From Geosiphon pyriformis uo1 (taxonomy: Eukaryota; Fungi; Glomeromycota), in contig JAAOMT010000282.1 in the NCBI GenBank assembly GCA_016748015.1, positions 124,001 to 188,000 of the forward strand: a stretch of DNA of 64,000 bases. Reading direction: 5' to 3'. Shown piece by piece: positions 54,080-64,000 of the stretch. Position 1 is the stretch's first letter; every line of letters begins with the position of its first letter. The translations under genes were made by a program, and so were the position numbers. The notes under the pieces are model-generated. The model was not told where the DNA came from and did no database searches. It saw nothing but the letters and a program-made list of their open reading frames with translations.

Positions 54080-57000
54080 AAACAAAAGATAATTTATTAT
54101 ATGTATATATTATTTGCTAATTAAAAAACTGTTTTATTTTTAACAAAAGTAGCATTGTTAATTATAACTAATCCTAATATTTTATTAGATTCTATCATAT
54201 TTTTAATGAAATACTAAAAAAAAAATTTATAAATGCAGATTTTAAAAAAAAACTTGTTACATAAATATATTTATTCTTATAATAAAATTTATATAGCTAA
54301 AAAAAAGTTCAAAAATATGGTTTTTAAAAACTTTTTAACATGTTGCTATAGTATTTATTTACTTTATTTCTATTATATATATGTTTTTAATATAAATAAC
54401 AATATATAATAATATCCAAAAATAATTATTTACATGTAAACATTATAATTTTTTTACAGCTAAAAAACTATTAAATAAGACATTTATAGTACAAATTCAA
54501 GTTTTTTAATATTTAATACTTTCAAACTAGAAATTTAATCTAAAAAAATTTTAAGAATAATACAAAAAAAATATATATTGTTTATTAATAATAATAAAAT
54601 TAATAACAATATTTATTAGTTTAAAAATATTCTGTATTAATAGATAAAAATAAAATAGAAATAATATATAAAACTTAAAAATTTTAAAATTTTTTATTAA
54701 AAACATGTTTAAACAAAAAATAAAACTCTTTTAAAACTTTTTATGCAATAAATATTACATAAATAGTTTAAGCAAAAATATAAATTAAATTACAATAATT
54801 AATTAAATTTTATATAATTAAAAAACAAAATAAATTATATTTATTAATATATTTTTTTGTATTAATAAGTATAATCTAATTATAATCAATTATAATACAG
54901 TTATAATAAGCTTTAAAATAAATATAGCTTAGATTTTATATAAATATAACTAGTTAATTAAGCAAATAAATTATATAATAGTAAATTTATAAAAAAAACT
55001 TAATTAATATTGTTATTTTATGTATAACTAACTGTTATATATATTAAATCTAATATTTAAAATTTAAAATTCTTATAAACAATTATTTTGGCAAAAATAT
55101 TTTATTAAATAGAAAATTTTTGTTATTATTAACAAAAATTTTTCTATTTTTAATAATAATTATTCTGTTAATAATATTTTTATTTTATTTTTTATCTATA
55201 ATATTAAATTTTATTAATATTATAGATAAAATATACTAATAAATAACAATAAAAAACAATAATAAAATTAATCAAAGAGTAATTTAACTTTAATAAATAA
55301 ATTAAATTAGTAAAAATTTAATATGCAAAATCAGTTTTATAAATATCTTAATCATTATTTTTTTCAAAAATAACAAAAATTTGAAAATAAAAAGATAGTT
55401 TGTATTGTCAATAAAAAATAATAAACTAATATAATTTTATGTTTTATGTTAGCACTTTTAGAATTTAATATTAGATATTAGTTGTATTTTTTAATAAATA
55501 TTTTATTTAATATACTTTACAAAAACAAATAATTATGTTAATTAAAAAAAAAAAAAAATTGATATTATTGTATTAATTTAAATATAAATTCTTTTTATAT
55601 TTTTGAAAAGTTTTATTTATATACTTTTAAAAAAAAATTAATGATTAAATTAATAATCAAGTTAATAGCCAAGTCAATAACTAAGTCAATAATTATGTTA
55701 ACAATTATTTTTAAAAATAAAATAACTAATTAATAATATCATTGGTTAATATATATGATTAATTATGGTTAATTAAATAAATAAAACTAAAAAGTAAAAG
55801 TTTTAACTATAACAATATAATATATTTTTTAAATGTTTAATAAAAAAAATATTGCAAACTAATACTTAAAGCTAAGTTTTTTAAGCAATTTCTATTTAGT
55901 CTTAACTATAAAAAAACTTTAAATAAGTAATTTATTTTTTTAAAGATTTTAAATTAGTTTAAATATTTTTCTAATTGTTAAATACATAATAATTTAATAA
56001 TTCTTTTTCTAAAATATAAAACTCAATAATAAAATATTTTGGTTTCATTTTTAAAAGTCAATTTTTTTTTAATAATATTTATTTTAAGTTTACTATTTTA
56101 AAATAACTAATAATTTAATAATTAGTAGTTAAACAACTATAAAATTATTAGTTTTTAATAAAAAAATAAAAAAAATTTCTTCAATTAATTTTTTAGTTAA
56201 AAAAAAGATTTTTATAAAATAAGTTTTATTTTAAATATAAAACCAATTATTTTGTTAAATATTTATTATAAATACATTTTTTAAAAAAAAGCTTTTTTTT
56301 AAAACAAAAATTTTATTGTATTCTATGTTTTAAACTTTTGTTTTCATTAAAATATTTATTATTTTGAAAAAAATTTAATTAATTTCAATTTAAACTATTT
56401 AAAATCTATATAAAATACATAAATTTAAGCTTAAAATACTTGAAATTGCTCTTATATTTAAAGTTTAAAGTTTTATATATTTTAATTATAGTATTTAATT
56501 ATATTTAAAAATTAAGATAATTATTTTGTGTTAATATAATATAAAATTTAGAACATTATCTTAAATAATAATTTATAATAAAATATAAAAACAGAATTTG
56601 TAAAATAATTTTTAATATTAAAATTAAGTTAATTTTAACCTAAATTTAAATCTGTAATATTAATAATTCTAATTATATAGTTTAATTTTGTCATTTTTGT
56701 AATTTTTAATTAACTTTAGTTGATTATTAACAGTAATTATGACTTAATTTTTGATTAATAATATAATTAATATTTATTTTATTATTAAATAAACTATTTA
56801 TATTATATTTTATCTTAAAATTAATTACTTTTTAATTTAAGTTATCTATAATTTGGTTTTCTATATAAAAAATTTTTTATTTTATTTTAATATTTATAAA
56901 AAACAAAATATTTACTAATTATATAATCAAAACAATCAAAAAACTTATAGACTTAATAATTAATCTAATTAGTAATACTAATTTTGCTAATTTAAATCTC

Positions 57001-58250
57001 AAAAAAATCAATTTAAAACTAATTATAAAAAACTTAAAAGATAGTAGTATAACCAAAAAAATAAATAAAACTTATGATAATATATGTTATATATTATTTA
57101 GTTTTAAAGTTTTTTACTAATTTTATATATATAAAATAAATACTTAATTAATAAATATTAATATATTGTTTATAAAATTTTAATTAAAATTATTAATAAA
57201 TTAATCGAAAAAAAGAAATAATTTAAATTATTGCTCAATTATTACTAAAAATTATTTTAAAATAATTTTAGATTTTGAATCTAAAAAGTAAAAAACTTGA
57301 AAAATAATAAAAATAAATTTTAAAAAAGTTTTTTTGATAATTTATTTTTAAATAAATAGTGCTTTACATTTATATTAATAAAATTTTTCTATATTATAAT
57401 AAAAATAAATTGATTTGATTAAATTTATTTTTAAATTTTAATTCAAAATATTTAAAACTAGTTTTTATTATTAAATATTATTTGTATATATTATATTTTA
57501 TATATATTAAATTATAATATATTTAATTTACTATTATAAGTTATTAATTTGTAAATTTTTTTATAATTATATTTTTTGTTAATTTTTTAATTTATTTATA
57601 TTTATAATAACATTAAAAATAAATTTTAGCAAATTTATTAACAATAATACTTACTAAATATGTTTTTTAATACATAATATTTTATTTAAGGATTTAGATT
57701 ATTAAAATTATATTTAAAATACATTAATTAACAATTTATATATTTTAAAAAAAATTTATTTATAAAAAAATACTATAATTTAAATTTTTTACAATATGTT
57801 TTATATAAATAAATATGTTTTTAATTTTATTATAATAATCAAATAATTATTATATAAATTAATTTATTAAATTATATTTTTAATTAAAAGTTAATTATAA
57901 AAATAACATTTAAATATTCTTAAAATATTTTTATTTGAAAAGTAAAACAAACTATAAATAACTAAAAAATATTTTATTTTAAAATTTTTTAATATCCTAA
58001 AAATAAAATATTGTACAACAATTATTATTTATTTTTAATTTTATAATATATAAATTTAAGAATATATATTTTAACAGATTTTTATAATAATTGATAATTA
58101 ATAAATTTTGTTTATTAATTTTATAAGTTATAAATTTTTATTTTTTTATATATTTATAATAAATTATAATATATATTATTTAGTTTTTTTTTTAATGAAA
58201 ATATATCTATAAATTCAAAATTAATATATATATTTTAATTAATTTATTAA
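54080..58250. other. Extreme A/T tract, probably fully eroded repeat DNA
   Basis: Almost no G or C (roughly 10% by eye), CpG essentially absent, not a simple tandem repeat, flanked by TE remnants. Confidence 0.6.
55658..55705 (+). repeat. Degenerate 12-bp tandem repeat, 4 copies
   Basis: caagttaatagc / caagtcaataac / taagtcaataat / tatgttaacaat. Confidence 0.65.
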
Positions 58251-61200
58251 TTTTTTTTTTTTTTTTTTACGTTTAATGAGTAAAGTCTAAACACTACCTA
58301 GAACTATACAACATACAAATGTTCTAAATTAGGTGTGAATCATGCATTTTCTACATGTAACCAGCCACTCAAGCCAATCAGAACAACACTATATATCTAT
58401 ATGAACAAAAACCATATTACTTATACCAGAAAAGAACTGACCACATTTACGAAACCCAAAACTAACACCAAAAGCATCAGTGACACCCAATAACTTAACC
58501 ACACCATCTAAAAGCAGCTTAGGAGGGCTTATCACTGGAAGGAGTAAAGAACCATCACGTAGAATTGAACCATTTCTCTCCATAAGAGATCTGTGTTTGG
58601 CACGAACCAACCAAACCTCCTCCCAAAAAGCGAGACAAAATTTTTGCACAAAGTCTATGACAGTCAGAGCTGCTACCTTGGGATCCTTAAAAACAGAAAT
58701 TGACTCATGGTACCAATTGTTAAAAACAAAACCTTTACAAAGAGCTGTGCTAATTACAACATCAGAAACACACATTAACAACAACTATGAGACACATGAG
58801 AAGGAACGAGATAAACCAATATGAGTTTTCCATACAGATGCATGAATACTAACCAACTGAGTGCAGACAGAAACATCAGACAGGCATAAAAACACATGGT
58901 CAGAGACCTCAACATCACCACAATAAAAACATATCATGCTGGAATAATACCTATTATACAACTGTTTTTGTACAGCTACAGGAAGCTGATGATGCAGTGC
59001 CTTCATAAAATATGACTGACCATCAGCAGTATGCTTACTAGTGAAACCAGCAGCCAAATGAGAATCCGGATGCCACACCAAAGAAGACCTGAACCAATCA
59101 ATGTCTGAACACAAGCTTTCCATCATGACCTGAAAGCCTGAACCCATCTCCCATCATGTATGATGAACAGATCAGAACATGTCACAAACAAAATGTCTAG
59201 AATTATCAGATACCGCAGTATTACCAGCCATTAAAAACCGCTCACTAATAAAAAGAGATAGGTGCAAGTTAGAAAAAGCAGCAGTAGCTAAAGCATCAGC
59301 ACGCTTGTTGTCTAAGACACCTGAATGGCCTTTAACCTTAATCCAACTAACATCCAAGTTTTTGCGACGAATAACATTGGCAATGTGACAATGCTCAATC
59401 CAACAACAATTCCTAAAATCAGGGCCAGCCAATAAAGACTCTGACCTGCAAGCATTAATAGCCGCCTGGCTGTCCGAAAACAAATCAACCAAACAAAAGG
59501 AAAAAACACACTCAAGAGCTAAAGCAATGGCCTGCAGCTCCGCCAAAGTAAAAGAAACCACACCAGAAACCCCCACACCCAGACCCAAATCAATGTCCTC
59601 AAAAAAAACCACAGCACCAGCCAACATGTCAACCATGCCCAAGTTACTTAGAGACCCATCAGTGTACACAGAAAGGTGGGTGGCATTCACACCCAACAGA
59701 TCATGACAAACAATACCAAAACCAAGAGACTAATGGATGTCATAGGAGCCATTAACACCATTATAAGTGGAACAACCAGAAAGAGAAGCCATACCACCAA
59801 AAAAATGAACAGAGAGATCAAACCAAGAGGGAACTGGGCCATGGGGGTCTAGTTTCTTCCAACACTTGAAAGTCTTCCAATCAAAAACAATGCCATTCCA
59901 GTCACAAGGCTGTTCCATGAAAGCAATACTATAACACTTAAGAGAGGAGACACATTTGAAAAAAATCTTCTCACTGAGTACCAAAGACATAGGAGTACTG
60001 CACTAAAGACAAAAAGCACTGGCCAGAGAGCCACCCAAAGACAAATTACACCCAGAAAAAATACAAACTACACCTGCCAAAAAGTTGTTTGAAGAGCTGA
60101 CTCTAACATAAACAGGAAACAACAAAGGGTGACAAGAACTTCAGCTGAGAATCTGGAGATTGTGAGACCTATGAGAGAACAAGCGACCCAAAACACCAAC
60201 CAAATTCACAAAAGCAATAACAGAAGCCAACTTGCTCTCAGCCTGAATCTGCTCAAAAGTCTTTAAATTGTACAAGGAAGGATGATGAAGTGCATCATTG
60301 GGAAAGTCCAGAGGCAGTCCAGATTTTGATTTTAGGCCCTTGTGAATCGAAGCATCCCATTTATTACACACACTAAGAGGAACAAAACTGAACTGAGTTC
60401 TGTAGCTGACAATGGGAAAGAGAACTGAAGACACCAAATAAGCAAACTATTTATCTGAAATAACCTTTCTCAGAATGAAATTGACAAAAAACCAAATGTC
60501 TGAATGCACTTTAACCAAACTAGGCTTTGAAAGACCATCAGAAGATAAAAAAATACCCAGATAATAATGAGGTTCACCTTTTTTAGTGATGAAAATTGAC
60601 ATACTACCAATAGTTAGATAAGGAGCAGCAACCCGACAGTTGATAGAAATGGCTACAGTCTTGTCATTGTTTATTGAAATGTCATTCAAACGAAAAAACT
60701 CATTAGCAACATTGAGGATGTGTTGTATAGCAGCTTGGCTGCTACCAACCCAGATAGTATCATCAACAAAAGCACCAGCAGCCAGAAATGATGACAGCCC
60801 AGCTTGAGATTCCACCCAGCCAGTCTTAGAAATGAAATGAGAAATCAACCTGTAACCACAAATGCTCTTCTGTCTCTTAACCTCACACAAAAGCAAGTCA
60901 TAAAATATGTGCCAGAGAAGTGGCAAAAAAACTTCCCTCTAATCTAATCCATCGTGAACATGATATCCATTAGTCAAACCAAAATCTGTCATTACTCTGT
61001 TAGTGCAACCATTATGAATGCCACCAAAAAATTTGATGAATTTGTCATACATTTTGATCCTAATAAAACTCCTCTTGAGATGTTCCCAACCAACAGAATT
61101 ATAAGCTTTGCGCATATCCTGTAAAACCAGCCACAACTCTCGGTTCTTTTTCAAAGCATCTTTGATTACCAAATCAATAGTGAAGATAGGCAATTGAGTA

Positions 61201-62734
61201 GTCATACTTTTCAGGACAGAAAAATTGTCCCCGCAGAGAACATCAAAAGTGCTATAAGCCAGGGAGATTTGATCTGAAAGAATCTTGGAAAGAACCTTGC
61301 AAGCTGTTTTAATCAAAGCAATAGGGTGGGTATTCGTAAAAATTTTCTTCCACTCATAAGGTTTAGGGATCATTGAGACCCAGGCTTTCCTCCAAGGACC
61401 AGGTACTGACTCACAATCCAAACAGAAATTCAAGAGCACCAAAAACATATCCAAGACCACCTTGTTACAGTGTTTCCAAAGTTCATTAGTAATACCAGAA
61501 AGACCAGCCACTTTCCCATTGGACAAATTTGAAATAACACCAAACATCTCATCAAAACTGATTGAATGCATTACATCAGAGAAGGCACCATTGAAGACAT
61601 AATCCAAAGGCCAAAACTGCTTTGCCCAATCACCAAAGATATCAGAAGCCACTACACATTTCCTAGTCCAACTCTCCATAATTCCATCCACCTTAGATTT
61701 AACCAAATTAGGCTCCAAGACTAACTCCCCATCATCCACCAAATGATCCATCACCACTTTACAAACAGGACGCTCCAAAACATTTCTAATGGTGTGACTC
61801 TTATTCACCTCAAAACTTTCCATTCTTCTTTCAATGGCCTGTCTTATACAAGATTCTCCAACATGCTTAGATTCCAATAGCTTAGAAGAGCAGTAAGACT
61901 TTCTCATCTTAGCCAGTCCAGAACGTATCACATCAAAGCTGGCACCAGAAAGAAACAGAGCTTTTACTGATGAAGCACCCACAGAATCAAGCCTGTTCCA
62001 AGTATCCAACAACAAGGCAAAATCTCCACCAGAATCCAACCAAGAAGCTTTCACCAGTTTAGACACAAGTAGCTCAAGTCTATGAAACTGAGAAGATACC
62101 TTATTAAAAACACAATCAAAACTCTTAAACCATTTTTTCTTGAACGTTTCACCAGCCGAAAGAACCATAACCTTATGAACAATGTCCCATATTGCATTCA
62201 GATCAGAAAACTGCATAGCTACAACATACTCATTCGAGAACATAACTGCATTAGCAGCCATAGCATTTCTGAATTTTGACCACTTAATCTCACTGGCATC
62301 TTTGATATCATACTTTCAACAATCTTTATTAGCTTGTTTGCACAGTGAATTCAGCTGGACATTGAGCAGGCCACCCAGTCCCACAGAAACATAAACAGCC
62401 TTGTGATCAGTATCAAAATATTTCTCAACACCATCCACACCACGATCTACCACTGCTCTAACCAAATTAGAAGAAACAAACACATAGTCAATTGTTTTAG
62501 TAATACCATGAGAATTGCACCAAGTAGGTGACTTTACAAGAGAGCTCCCTCCCAGAGAGTTAATCAAACCCAAATCAAAACATTTTTTAAAGCTAACATA
62601 TTTGTGTAAACCATCCTCATTAAAATCATCACCAAGAATAACAAAGAAAGACTTATTAATGGCTTTAGCAATGAGAAAGTTGATCTTACCAGCCTGAGAA
62701 AACTGAGCCACCAATGAAGCACCAGCATAGAGCC
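58251..62734 (-). mobile_element. 5'-truncated non-LTR retrotransposon (LINE) with APE-RT-RNase H-CCHC ORF2 and poly-A tail
   Basis: Sharp GC-richer island in A/T DNA. T18 at 58251-58268 is the poly-A tail on the minus strand, followed by a ~120 nt 3' UTR. The 5' end breaks inside the endonuclease at ~62734. Candidate TSD ATTTTTTTTTT at 58250-58260 and 62735-62745. Confidence 0.95.
58389..62734 (-). pseudogene. LINE ORF2 polyprotein pseudogene (endonuclease C-half, reverse transcriptase, RNase H, zinc knuckle)
   Basis: Eight track ORFs (62714-62316, 62261-60939, 60926-60447, 60437-60141, 59990-59730, 59696-59172, 59147-58785, 58784-58389) are all in one frame. Motifs: APE LGDDFN, IDYVF, TDHKAV; RT HPIALI, QDMRKAYNSV, GLD*REVFLPLLW, AFVDD, YLGI; RNase H VYTDGS, AELQAI, FSDSQ, KVKGHSG..NKRADALA; CFYCGDVEVSDHVFLC (CCHC). 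Confidence 0.95.
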
Positions 62735-62745
62735 ATTTTTTTTTT

Positions 62746-64000
62746 AAATTAAAAAAATTATTTCAAAACTAACAACAAATAAAATTAAGAATAAGTTTAA
62801 AATAAAAGAATAATAAAAAAAATTTATTAAACCAAAAGTTTTAATAATAAGAAAATTAAATATTTATAATATAAAAACTATACTAATTATTCAAAACATA
62901 AAATTAAAAAATTTGATTTAATCTTCAATATTTTAAATGAAAAAATAATTATTTTTTGCTAATTATTTTCTAAAAGCTAATTCTTAATAAAAGACAAACA
63001 TAAAAATTAACTAACTTTAAATTATTTTTAATTAAAAAATTTCTGTTTATTTTATTGATATTTTTTAGTGTAAATAAAAAATATAAATGTATTAAAATTT
63101 TAACTAAATAATAAATACTAATTAATATATTTAAAATATATTTATACTTATTATAAATTTAAATATTAAAATAAGTAACAAAATTAATTATTAAATTATT
63201 AAGCTTATAATAAACATAAAATTTTTATAATAAATAATTTGGTTAAAAATAATATGGAAGTTTAAAATTATAAATTGTAGAATATTTTTAATAAAAATAT
63301 TAATATTATTATCTTAAGAGATTAAATCTTTACTTTTTTTACATATTATAACATTAAAAAATTTAAAATAAAGTAAATAAGATAGTATTAAATTATAAAA
63401 TATATTTATGTTAATCTTAGTGTTTATAATATATGCTGTCAGTTTAATATTAAAACACTAAAAAATAATACTGATAAATATAATATAAATAAATAAATTA
63501 TTTTTTTTCTATTTAAATTTTTAATAAATTTAAAAATTAAATTAATTATTATATTAAATATTAAAATCAAATATAATAAAACCTATTATATTAAATAAGT
63601 AAATTATTTATTTGTATTACTATATTAAAATAATTTGCTAATATTGATTTTAATTTACCAAATTTATGATCAATGATTTTAGTATAATTATTTTTAATTA
63701 ATATTTAATTTTATTAAAATCTAAATAATTTAATTTTAGCAGCAAAAAGTATGACAAACTTATTATATATTTTAGTTAAAAAATTAAGATTCTGTTTGAA
63801 ACAATATAAATGTATATACAATATTTTAGAATAAAATTTATGTCTTATTTCAAAATTATTTATTATTTATTTAAAAATATAGTATAAACTATTATATACA
63901 ATATTTTTTTATAACTTTTTTAAAAAAATTATTTAAGTAAATTACAATAAAACCAAAAACAAAATACACTCCAAAGCCAATACAATTACTTATAGTTTAG
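62746..64000. other. Extreme A/T tract continuing on the other side of the LINE
   Basis: Similar composition to 54080-58250, with no CpG seen. Confidence 0.6.

Noticed and set aside
58480-62697. Plus-strand and alternative-frame ORFs overlapping the LINE
   Set aside because: Shadow ORFs of the minus-strand ORF2.
63160-63330. ISNKI as an eroded integrase IGDKV motif
   Set aside because: A five-residue match in ~90% A/T DNA with no clear GPY motif, and the spacing to the putative zinc finger is inconsistent.

Overview
Very AT-rich, gene-poor eukaryotic DNA, most likely an early-diverging fungus. The LINE protein resembles, from memory and not from a search, a repeat family abundant in Glomeromycotina such as Geosiphon pyriformis. 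I can support only one protein-coding gene: 27788-28291 (+), a small disordered protein with a complete PP1-docking signature (RVxF + PhiPhi + YDR, as in Bni4/neurabin/Phactr) and a poly-His tract. It has an ATG-depleted ~1.9 kb leader containing one strong-context uORF, and a ~1 kb 3' region with PUF-type elements. It lies in ~46 kb of CpG-retaining non-coding DNA with many microsatellites and recurring CACGTG/ACGCGT sites. The right end (50.6-64 kb) is a transposon graveyard. It holds a full-length dead Tc1 (DD34E) element with TIRs and TA duplication, an older Tc1 fragment, a 5'-truncated LINE (APE-RT-RNase H-CCHC, poly-A tail, TT/AAAA target) and near-pure A/T tracts. The most interesting signal is a graded, directional C->T/G->A erosion confined to repeats, including non-CpG contexts and with no net frameshift over 4.3 kb of LINE ORF2. 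This suggests a RIP-like repeat-mutagenesis process in a lineage where RIP is not established. Outside the gene and the LINE segments, the ORF-track entries look spurious. No tRNA, rRNA or CRISPR features were found.
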